Shown here: piece after piece, positions 47,501 through 55,446 of the stretch
How the letters are laid out: the number at the start of each line of letters is the position of its first letter
How positions within the stretch are numbered: the first letter of the stretch is position 1
NCBI GenBank assembly: GCA_043757365.1
Contig: JAYVPN010000107.1
Coordinates: forward strand, 73 to 64,072
Source: Gemmatimonadota bacterium
GTDB lineage: Bacteria > Gemmatimonadota > Gemmatimonadetes > Gemmatimonadales > Gemmatimonadaceae
Length of the DNA: 64,000 nt
Direction of reading: 5' to 3'
Notes under the pieces: model-generated
What the model was told of the DNA's origin: nothing
Databases searched by the model: none
The model's input: the letters and a program-made list of their open reading frames with translations, nothing else
Program-made: the position numbers and the translations under genes

Positions 47501-49567
47501 TCACGGCACCGCGGCGCGGTGCTGGTCGAACCATCCTTGCAGTGTCGTAAGCTTGCTCGCCTCATGACTCGGACGCCGGCGGATTCCGTGCGGCTCATCC
47601 GGAACGCGCACCAGTACCGACTCAACGCCGAGCATTTTGAGCGCTTTGTAGTACTGCTCGCTCTCGGACATCGGCGTGCGGAAGTCTTCCTCGCCGGTCA
47701 TGATAAGCGTCGGTGTCTTCACATGCTTCACCACGCTCAGCAGCGACCGTGATTCGTAGTTCGCACGATTATCCCACGGAAAGCCCGGGAACCAGTCGTT
47801 GACCGCGGTCGGCGCCATGTCTGCGGTGAGCGAGAAGCTCTCCCAGTTGATCACCGGATAGAACGCCAGCGCGGCCCGGAACCGGTTGGTGTGCGAAATC
47901 ATCCATGCCGTGAGTACTCCGCCGCCGCTTCCGCCGGTGACGAAGAGATTGTTCGTGTCGACGTAGCCCTTGGCGATGACCGCGTCGACCCCCGAGTTCA
48001 GATCGTAAAAATCGTCACCTGGGTACGCGTGATGGATAAGGTTCCCGAACTCCTCGCCGTACGAGGTGCTGCCACGCGGATTCGCGTAGAACACGACGAA
48101 GCCCATCGCCGCCACGATCTGCTTTTCTTCGTCGAATCGGTCGCCGTAGTTCGCGAACGGTCCGCCGTGAATTTCGATGACGAACGGGTACTTGCGGGTC
48201 GGGTCGAAATTGGGCGGCTTGACGATCCAACCGTGGATCTTTCGGCCGTCCTTGCTCGACGGATACCAGATCTCTTCGACAGCGCCGAGCGTGCGGCTTG
48301 CGAGCAGTGAAGCATTGAGCGTCGTGAGCGAGCGCGGCGCCGCACCAGGTGCGGCACCAACGAAGCCGACTTCACTCGGGTCGTTGGTTGTACTCAACGT
48401 GAATGCGAGACTACCGTCTTTCGCGACACTGTAGGAACCGCCGCTGTACGCGCTCGATCCGCCGCCGATATTCTTCGCCACCACTTTGTACGTACTACCG
48501 TCGAGCGAGAACAGGGCGACCTTCGTGTTGCCCTTCTCGTCGAACTGCGTGTAGATCCCCTTGCCGTCGCTGCTCCATTGCGGATTGCCAACGCTATTGT
48601 CGAGCTTGCCCGAGATGACGCGCTTACCGCTGCCGTCGCGGTTCATTACGTACAGCAGCGTATTCTGATATCCCTGATGCCGGTCGTCGTAACCGGTGTA
48701 GGCAATCAGTTTTCCGTCCGGAGAAACTACGGCGCTCTGGTCAGGTCCGAATCGGTTCGTCAGACGCCGAGGTACCGCATTTCCGTTGACGGCGAATGCC
48801 CAGATATCCGATTCCCGCGAATTGAATTCCGGATTTTCTCCGCGCCGCGCCGAGAGAAGCAGCTCGGCGCCGTCGGGCGTCCACGAAACCGACCCGCCGC
48901 CCATGAATTGTGTACCGTGCTGGTAGTCGCCGCTCGTGATCTGCCGCGCAGCTCCGCCGTCGGCGCGCACGACGAAGGCGTGCCAGAATCCACGCGGCAA
49001 CTCGCCGGCGTCGTTGAATCTAAATACCAGTCGATCATCGTACTTCGGCGGCGCGGCCCACGTCGCGCCAGTCGGCGGCGTCAACAGCGTGCCGACGACG
49101 AGCGGTGCCTTCGGCACGAGCGCAAGATACGCGATCTGTGTGCCATCCGCCGACCAGCTCGGCGACGACGGCGCGGTGCCGATGTTCGTCAGCGCCGACA
49201 TGTCGCCTGTGTCCATATAACGTTGCCACAGTTGTCCCGTGCCACCGCGGTTCGAGACGAAGGCGAGCCGCGTGCCGTCGGGCGACCATCGCGGTGAAAG
49301 CTCGGAGAACTTTCCGCTCGTGAGCGGACGGTGCCCGGAGCCGTCGGTCTTCACGAGCCAGACGTTGCTGTAGCGCCGATCGGTTATCGGATCGCTCCAC
49401 TGGCGTACATATGCCACCCACCGGCCATCCGGTGAAAGCTGTGGATCAGCCGCGTATTCGAGTTCGAAAAGATCGGCGGGGGAGAGTTTTCGGGATTGCG
49501 CGCGGATCGGCGAGACGATCAGCGCGAACGCCATCGCGATGGCGAAGTGTCGGAACAGCGGACGCAT
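47501..49567 (-). CDS. S9-family serine peptidase with N-terminal TolB-like propeller
   Basis: Signal peptide, PD40-like repeats (SPDGRWVAY, SPDGTRLAF, SADGTQIAY), and the catalytic region FVTGGSGGG...GEEDFRTP...PDEPHG. Confidence 0.85.
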   Translation of the reverse strand: MRPLFRHFAIAMAFALIVSPIRAQSRKLSPADLFELEYAADPQLSPDGRWVAYVRQWSDPITDRRYSNVWLVKTDGSGHRPLTSGKFSELSPRWSPDGTRLAFVSNRGGTGQLWQRYMDTGDMSALTNIGTAPSSPSWSADGTQIAYLALVPKAPLVVGTLLTPPTGATWAAPPKYDDRLVFRFNDAGELPRGFWHAFVVRADGGAARQITSGDYQHGTQFMGGGSVSWTPDGAELLLSARRGENPEFNSRESDIWAFAVNGNAVPRRLTNRFGPDQSAVVSPDGKLIAYTGYDDRHQGYQNTLLYVMNRDGSGKRVISGKLDNSVGNPQWSSDGKGIYTQFDEKGNTKVALFSLDGSTYKVVAKNIGGGSSAYSGGSYSVAKDGSLAFTLSTTNDPSEVGFVGAAPGAAPRSLTTLNASLLASRTLGAVEEIWYPSSKDGRKIHGWIVKPPNFDPTRKYPFVIEIHGGPFANYGDRFDEEKQIVAAMGFVVFYANPRGSTSYGEEFGNLIHHAYPGDDFYDLNSGVDAVIAKGYVDTNNLFVTGGSGGGVLTAWMISHTNRFRAALAFYPVINWESFSLTADMAPTAVNDWFPGFPWDNRANYESRSLLSVVKHVKTPTLIMTGEEDFRTPMSESEQYYKALKMLGVESVLVRVPDEPHGIRRRPSHEASKLTTLQGWFDQHRAAVP

Positions 49568-49598
49568 CGAGACTCCGGGGACGTCGGTGGGGGTGTGC

Positions 49599-49811
49599 CT
49601 AGCCAGCGAGTTCGGGAGTCAAAAATCCCGCCTTTCGAATTGCCGCCGTGACGGCCGCTTCGCTCGTGAGCCATTCGTCGAAACTGACGGTGGCAGAGCC
49701 GATCGTCACGTTGTCGGCGGTCGCGCCGGATACGCTTCCGATGGCCTTCTGAACGGCTTTGACGCAGCCGTTGCAGGTCATGCCTGAAATTGCCGTGGTG
49801 AATGTTTTCAT
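49599..49811 (-). CDS. heavy-metal-associated copper chaperone-like protein
   Basis: 70 aa with the GMTCNGC motif. Start is the ATG at 49811. Confidence 0.8.
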   Translation of the reverse strand: MKTFTTAISGMTCNGCVKAVQKAIGSVSGATADNVTIGSATVSFDEWLTSEAAVTAAIRKAGFLTPELAG

Positions 49812-50037
49812 AACGAACTGTAGCACCGATTCGGCCGCCAAGAAATACCCCGAGTCAGGTCGCGCGTCTTCGGGCCCGCCAAGTCCCTGCGTGCGCCAGC
49901 GCACACGATTTGCATGATGCGCGTTACCGAACGGCGGCTCAGCGAAAGATCACCCTTGTGAGTGATACGTTTTGCACGCAACAACGACGATTTTTTCGGG
50001 GTATCAAGACGTGTTGCCTCACTCAAGGAGAAACCAT

Positions 50038-50664
50038 ATGCGTACTCTTCATTCGAAGCTCGTCCTCGCCGCCCTCGCAATCGTCGCGCTCGGCGCCTGC
50101 TCGTCCAAGACCTCGACCTCGCCGGCGAACGGCACGATTGCCGTTCAGTTGACGGACGCCGCCTTCTCGATCGATTCCGTGAGTCGTGTCGACCTCTGGG
50201 TCCTGCGGATCGACGGCCGCTTGACTGACGCCGACTCTGCGACCTCCGCGAAGGGCGCGGGTGAGGACAGCACGGTGAGCAGTGGCTGGACGACGCTCGC
50301 GAGGCCCAACCAGAGCGTGAATTTTCTGGCGTATCAGAATGGACAGACGCTCCCCGTGGGACAGACGTCGATTCCGGCCGGAAGCTATCTCGGCTTTCGG
50401 ATCGTCATCGATCCGTCCAAGTCGAGCGTGACGCTCAAGAATGGCGCCGTTCTCACCGGCGTCAGCACACCGAACGTCTCGTTCCCGTCGGGCGGCACGT
50501 CCGGTATCAAGATCAAACTGTCGGCGCCGGTCGTGGTGAATGCGAACGGCACGACGACCATGATCGTCGATTTCGATTTGGCGAACAGCTTCGTTCTGCG
50601 CGGCAATTCGATCTCGCAGAACGGCCTGTTCTTCAAGCCGGTCGTGAAGGCTTCAGTCAAGTAG
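50038..50664 (+). CDS. DUF4382-like lipoprotein
   Basis: AAGGAGAAACC RBS. Lipobox ALGAC. Beta-rich sequence (IAVQLTDA...GIKIKL...). Confidence 0.6.
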   Translation: MRTLHSKLVLAALAIVALGACSSKTSTSPANGTIAVQLTDAAFSIDSVSRVDLWVLRIDGRLTDADSATSAKGAGEDSTVSSGWTTLARPNQSVNFLAYQNGQTLPVGQTSIPAGSYLGFRIVIDPSKSSVTLKNGAVLTGVSTPNVSFPSGGTSGIKIKLSAPVVVNANGTTTMIVDFDLANSFVLRGNSISQNGLFFKPVVKASVK

Positions 50665-50674
50665 CCGACGGAAA

Positions 50675-50716
50675 CGAACCGGCCCCGTCATCCACTGCGA
50701 TGGCGGGGCCGGTTCG
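50675..50716. terminator. stem-loop between convergent genes
   Basis: CGAACCGGCCCCG-N16-CGGGGCCGGTTCG forms a 13-bp stem. Confidence 0.55.
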
Positions 50717-50726
50717 CTATTGTGTG

Positions 50727-51179
50727 TCAGTCGCCGAGGACGACGAGTTTGCGCGTCGACGTCGGGACGTGCGGCACCGTCACTTTCGGCTCGGCCATCG
50801 TCGTCCACACGAGCCATGAGAAGATGGTGAGTCCCACTGATGAGAGCACGCCACCGGTCGCGAGAATCGGTGTACCTAACGCCACGCCGATATCGCGAAG
50901 CCAGAAGCCGGCGACCATCACGACCAATCCGATGTTGGCAAACCACCAATGTGCGCCCGCCGCCTTCAGGCTCGGGAGCTGTCGGCCGGTGATGCGCGGA
51001 ACCACCTGATACGCGACGCCGCAGATGATCATCGAGACGAAGCCGAGCAGCATCATGTGCGCGTGCATCGCCCGGTGGACCGCCCACGGCGGATAGATGG
51101 CCATCGCAAGGCCGAAGGCGACGCCCGCCATGAGCCAGGCGACGCTCGATTTAATGAACGCGCGGACAAACCATTCCAC
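50727..51179 (-). CDS. His-rich 4-TM membrane protein, last gene of the nos cluster
   Basis: GTG start 11 nt after the cupredoxin stop. HRAMHAHMMLLGFVSMIICGVAYQVVPRITG resembles a heme-copper-oxidase-type ligand helix. Function unknown. Confidence 0.55.
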   Translation of the reverse strand: MEWFVRAFIKSSVAWLMAGVAFGLAMAIYPPWAVHRAMHAHMMLLGFVSMIICGVAYQVVPRITGRQLPSLKAAGAHWWFANIGLVVMVAGFWLRDIGVALGTPILATGGVLSSVGLTIFSWLVWTTMAEPKVTVPHVPTSTRKLVVLGD

Positions 51180-51190
51180 GGCGCGGCCCG

Positions 51191-51613
51191 TTAAGGGGCG
51201 ACAGTGACGTGGCCGACCATCCCGAGCGCCGCGTGCGGATCGCACTGGAAGAAGAACTTTCCTGTGCCGAACGTGAGTGGGATATCGACGGTCTGGCCCG
51301 GGAGCTGCAACAGCGCGGACGCCTCGGGCAGTCCTTTCGCGGTCTTGTTGGAGTCAGGAAGGAAATGCAGGTTATGCACGCCCGTGATGAGCTTTACGCG
51401 CAGCACATCGCCTGCCTTCGCGGTGATCTCCTTCGGGGAGAAGTAGCTCCCTTTGTCGTCAGTCGTCGCGGTGATTTCATGTACTTCACCGCTCACGGCT
51501 GGTGCGGCGGCGGCTGCCGGAGCCGCGGTCGACTTCTCGGCGTCCTTCGTTCCACCGCCGCACGCGGCGGCGAAGAAGATGGCGGCGAGGGCAATGCAGT
51601 TCGTGGTTTTCAT
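51191..51613 (-). CDS. type-1 copper cupredoxin lipoprotein (plastocyanin/pseudoazurin-like)
   Basis: Lipobox FAAAC. T1Cu ligands HNLHF and CDPHAALGM. Confidence 0.8.
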   Translation of the reverse strand: MKTTNCIALAAIFFAAACGGGTKDAEKSTAAPAAAAAPAVSGEVHEITATTDDKGSYFSPKEITAKAGDVLRVKLITGVHNLHFLPDSNKTAKGLPEASALLQLPGQTVDIPLTFGTGKFFFQCDPHAALGMVGHVTVAP

Positions 51614-51650
51614 AAGGAGTGATTCCGGTTCAGGTTGTGATCAGAAAAAG

Positions 51651-52439
51651 TCAGAAATCGCGCCGACAGAATCGCCGGCGAGCCAGCAGGAACGGGACGA
51701 CGCACCACCCAGAGAGCGCCAACACCGCGATCGTCGTGCCGATCGCCGAACCGAAGGCGCGTTCGAACAGCGCGCCGGTGTAACCCATCAGCGCCGAGAC
51801 ATCGAGTCGCGTCATCACGAGCACGCGCGCGGTGTCGACCGGATTGGCGAGCATCAGCCCGAGCACGGGGCGCTCGACGGGCCACGAATCGAAGGCCGAC
51901 GCGAAGGCGAGAATCGCGCCGTCATAGAGCACGGTGACGGCGAGCCAGGTGCCGAGCGCCGCGCCCATCGCCCGAAGGCGATCGTCGCTGCGCAACGCGA
52001 TCCACATCGCGATACCGGTGCAAATGAATATCAACGCGACGCCGGCGCCGAGCAGCGCGAGCACGACTCCCGGGCCGGTGCCCGCTCCGCCGTGCAGTGC
52101 AAAGGGCGCGCCGGCTCCGAAGAGAAATGCGAGCGCAAACGGAGTGGCGAGTCCGAGATACTGACCGACGAATAGCCGGTCGCGGGCCACAGGCTGCGAG
52201 AGCAACAATTCGACAAACTCGCGCGACGCGTGCGTATGAATCACACCAAAGGCCAGTGCAACCAGCGGAACGACGAGCAGCACGACATTCAACAGACTGA
52301 GCGCCACCTGTGGGCCTGTACCGCCGAACCAGAACAGTCCTTCGCCAATGACGAAGAAGCCGATGCCGTACGCCGCAAGCCAACGGTTGCGAAGGAGATC
52401 ACGAACCCCAGCGGCAAAGACCAGCGCGACGACGTTCAT
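51651..52439 (-). CDS. nosY: ABC-2 permease NosY
   Basis: About 6 TM helices. 4-nt overlap with nosF. Position within the nos cluster. Confidence 0.8.
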   Translation of the reverse strand: MNVVALVFAAGVRDLLRNRWLAAYGIGFFVIGEGLFWFGGTGPQVALSLLNVVLLVVPLVALAFGVIHTHASREFVELLLSQPVARDRLFVGQYLGLATPFALAFLFGAGAPFALHGGAGTGPGVVLALLGAGVALIFICTGIAMWIALRSDDRLRAMGAALGTWLAVTVLYDGAILAFASAFDSWPVERPVLGLMLANPVDTARVLVMTRLDVSALMGYTGALFERAFGSAIGTTIAVLALSGWCVVPFLLARRRFCRRDF

Positions 52440-53143
52440 GCGGCCTCCTCGCGCATGAGCTGCGCGATAGCCCGCTCGAGCGTCGGTGCGCCGGTTCGTG
52501 CGAGTAGTACCGCGACGCCGCCGAAGAAGCGAAGACGTCCATCGCACAAGAACGCGACGTCATCGGCCGTTTCTTCGAGCTCAGAGAGAACGTGCGAGGT
52601 CACAAGGACGGTGCGTCCAATATCGCGCGCGGCGCGAACCGCGTCCTTGAGCACGCCGCTCGAAATGGGATCGAGCCCCGATGTCGGTTCGTCGAGAACC
52701 AGGAGCGACGGCGCGAAGAGGAACGCGATCGCTGCGTTGAGTTTCTGTCGTGTCCCGCCAGACATCGTACCGATGCGCTTGTCGAGTGATCGCTCGAGAT
52801 CGAGCGTGGCAATCAATGATTCGTCGCGCCGTACACCTGTCCGCAGCTCCGAGACGAGTTCGATCACATCTCGCCCCGTGAGATGATCCGGAAAGCGCGC
52901 GATCTGGGGCATGTAGCCGACACGCGCGCGATACGCTCCGGCGTCGTCGACGACTCGACCGTCGAATCGCACGTCACCTTGATCGGCGCGGGTGAGGCCG
53001 AGCGCGATCTTAATTAGCGTCGTCTTGCCCGAACCGTTCGGCCCTACGAGCGCGGTCACCGCGCCAGCGCGAAGCGCGAGCGTTACATCGTGCAACGCGC
53101 AGACCTGGCCGAACTGCTTTCGAATTCCACTGAAGGACATCAT
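52436..53143 (-). CDS. nosF: ABC ATPase NosF
   Basis: Walker A GPNGSGKTT, signature MSGGTRQK, and Walker B LLVLDEP. Confidence 0.85.
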   Translation of the reverse strand: MMSFSGIRKQFGQVCALHDVTLALRAGAVTALVGPNGSGKTTLIKIALGLTRADQGDVRFDGRVVDDAGAYRARVGYMPQIARFPDHLTGRDVIELVSELRTGVRRDESLIATLDLERSLDKRIGTMSGGTRQKLNAAIAFLFAPSLLVLDEPTSGLDPISSGVLKDAVRAARDIGRTVLVTSHVLSELEETADDVAFLCDGRLRFFGGVAVLLARTGAPTLERAIAQLMREEAA

Positions 53144-54387
53144 CGCGGCGTCCTCATCAACGGATGCAGATCCACCACCGCCTCGGGCGTCAAAACCGGC
53201 AGGAGACGCTCGGCGGCATCAAGCACCGTCACCAGAGGAGCGCGGAGGAGGAGCAAGGCGGTCGGATGTTGCTCGACGATCAGCGCAAACAGCCGCACGG
53301 GACGGAACGGAATGTCCCCGACGCCGTCGTGGTTGAGATCGTAACCGCGATAGGCGTCCCACCAATTGCCGTCGAACGTCGAGTTGAGTCGGCGGCTGTT
53401 GGTGACGACATCGAATGCATTGCCAGCGAAAATGTTGCCGGTGAAGCGATCGTCCTCCGCCGTTGCCATCGCCTTCACGGCCCAGCCGTTCTGGAGGAAC
53501 GAGTTGCCGGAGATCTCCATGTGCGACGCGCCTTCGACGTACAACCCGATCGAGTTGCGCTCGAAACGATTGCCGCGGATCGCGCCGCCGAGGATCTCCT
53601 TGAGCAGGAGCCCGTAGGCAGCGCTCCCCCACGACCGCTGGAACGTGTTGCTGTCGATGACGACGCCCCGGCTGTACATCACGGCAACGCCCGACGTGTT
53701 GTCGCGAAAATCATTGCCCACGTAGTGGCACGAGTCCGAGTACATGAAGTGCAGGCCGTAGCGCTGATTTCGCTCGCTGATGTTGTTGCGCGTTGAGCCA
53801 CGTGCCGAGAACTCAAAGTAGATGCCGTCGCGATGACCGGCGACCCGATTGTGTTCGACACGCGCGTCCGGCGAATACCAGAGATGGATGCCGTTGCCGC
53901 TGAGCGTCTGAGAGACGCCGACCGCGGTGATGTCATTGTCGCGGATAAGGCAGCGGCTCGCCCGCTGGAGATAGATGCCGAACAGGTTCTCCCTCAAGCG
54001 ATTGCCCGCAATGACGCACCGGGAGGCGTCGCGCACGCGAATTCCGGCGCGATCTTCGATGTTCGAGACGCCCGTGCGCTTCACTTCGAAGCCGCGCACG
54101 GTGACGTCGTCGGCCGTGATCAGAAGCACGTTGCGGATGTTCTCGCCGTCGAGCACCGGCCAGCCGTCGCCGACCAGTACGAGGCGCGGGGTCGACACGG
54201 TGAGTTTGTCCTCGCGATATGTGCCGGCGTGTACGCGGATCGTGTCGCCGGGAACGCTCGCGGCGAGGGCAGCGGTGATCGTCTTGTAGCCGGCGTGCTC
54301 ACCGCCAACCGTGCGCGTACGTCCGGTGGGCTGCGCCGGCAGGAGCATCGGCGCGAGTACGGCGACGAAAAAAATTGGAGTGCGCAT
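53140..54387 (-). CDS. nosD: periplasmic parallel beta-helix maturation protein NosD
   Basis: Signal peptide and repeated NxIxxN beta-helix units (GIYLQ.., GIHLWYS.., GIYFEFS.., GLHFMYS.., GVAVMYS..). Confidence 0.85.
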   Translation of the reverse strand: MRTPIFFVAVLAPMLLPAQPTGRTRTVGGEHAGYKTITAALAASVPGDTIRVHAGTYREDKLTVSTPRLVLVGDGWPVLDGENIRNVLLITADDVTVRGFEVKRTGVSNIEDRAGIRVRDASRCVIAGNRLRENLFGIYLQRASRCLIRDNDITAVGVSQTLSGNGIHLWYSPDARVEHNRVAGHRDGIYFEFSARGSTRNNISERNQRYGLHFMYSDSCHYVGNDFRDNTSGVAVMYSRGVVIDSNTFQRSWGSAAYGLLLKEILGGAIRGNRFERNSIGLYVEGASHMEISGNSFLQNGWAVKAMATAEDDRFTGNIFAGNAFDVVTNSRRLNSTFDGNWWDAYRGYDLNHDGVGDIPFRPVRLFALIVEQHPTALLLLRAPLVTVLDAAERLLPVLTPEAVVDLHPLMRTPR

Positions 54388-54857
54388 CAGTGGCTCACGT
54401 TCGCCGAGCTGTCGGCGAGAATGTTGCGCCACGTCGCGACGCGACCGCCGAGCGTCGCGCGTGCCGACTCGGCGCTCGCGATCGACGCGAGAGAGACAAT
54501 CGAACGTCCCATTGGCGAGCTGGCGATTGTGGCAAGCAGAAAGCCCGCGCTGTCGGCGGCGACGAGCGTCCCAGGGTGCTGCATGTCCATCACGAACAGC
54601 TTCGTGCGGTCAGCCGCCGGAGCCGTACGCGCCCACGACGCCATGCACTCGATCGCGTCGAAGGTGAGCACACGGCCGGTCGCGGTGATGGCTTCGCCGC
54701 CGAAGCGGGTATCGGAGATTGTCATCCGACAGTACACGCACGCATCTTCTCCGGCGACGAGGGGCCTCGGCCCCGCCGGCGCGCAGCCTAGGGCAACGGC
54801 CAGAACGAGCAACGCGGGCATCGCGAGCCTCGCGAGTATCGACGGGCGCGGACGCAT
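54387..54857 (-). CDS. nosL: copper chaperone lipoprotein NosL
   Basis: Lipobox ALGC and the CVYCRM motif. 1-nt overlap with nosD. Confidence 0.8.
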   Translation of the reverse strand: MRPRPSILARLAMPALLVLAVALGCAPAGPRPLVAGEDACVYCRMTISDTRFGGEAITATGRVLTFDAIECMASWARTAPAADRTKLFVMDMQHPGTLVAADSAGFLLATIASSPMGRSIVSLASIASAESARATLGGRVATWRNILADSSANVSH

Positions 54858-54858
54858 G

Positions 54859-55446
54859 TCAGTGCGCCTCGACGCGGCGCGAGTAGGTGCGCCAGATGAT
54901 GAAGGTGATGATGAGTGCCGCGATCGCCATCATGTACGCGCCCGAATCGGGCCACGACGTCGCCGTGAAATTGAGCAGTTTTTGGGAGCCGATCAGCGGT
55001 GGCTGGTACGTCATGCCGGGGATCTTGATGATCGCATGTTCGTAATCGAGATCGTGACCGTACGAATATTCCCAGCGCCAGAAATCGTAGAGTCCGGCGA
55101 TGAAGAAGAGTCCCAGCCCTGTCGCCCACGTCAGAAGAACGACCCGTTTGCCCGTGGCGGCCGTCGCGAGCCCGAGTGCGACGAGCACACCGAGTACGAT
55201 TGGCATGATCTTGAGCTCGGGAATCGCATCGGGTTCGATCGTTTTCATACCGATGTAGTGATTCAGACCATTGATGCTGCCGAGGTCGTTCTCTTTCATC
55301 CCGACGACATTGTTGATGTGAATCCGCATGCCAAGACCTTCCGGGTACTGCGGAGCCACCAGGCCTACGCGCCAGAGCGGCAGCGCGTAGGCGGTGGCCA
55401 GCAGGAGCGCGGCCGCGAGAGCGAGATACCGCGCCATCTTCGTCAT
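54859..55446 (-). CDS. conserved clade II nos-cluster membrane protein (NosB-like)
   Basis: ATGA overlap with the nosZ stop. 4 TM helices. LVAPQYPEGLGMRIH...NHYIGM motif. Confidence 0.65.
   Translation of the reverse strand: MTKMARYLALAAALLLATAYALPLWRVGLVAPQYPEGLGMRIHINNVVGMKENDLGSINGLNHYIGMKTIEPDAIPELKIMPIVLGVLVALGLATAATGKRVVLLTWATGLGLFFIAGLYDFWRWEYSYGHDLDYEHAIIKIPGMTYQPPLIGSQKLLNFTATSWPDSGAYMMAIAALIITFIIWRTYSRRVEAH

Noticed and set aside
49812-50037. Inverted repeat ATCAC-N8-GTGAT in the divergent region between the HMA gene and the DUF4382 gene, considered as a CsoR or CueR operator
   Set aside because: The arms are only 5 bp, there is no match to known CsoR (GC-rich pseudo-palindrome) or MerR-type (19-20 bp spacer promoter) sites, and no regulator gene is adjacent.
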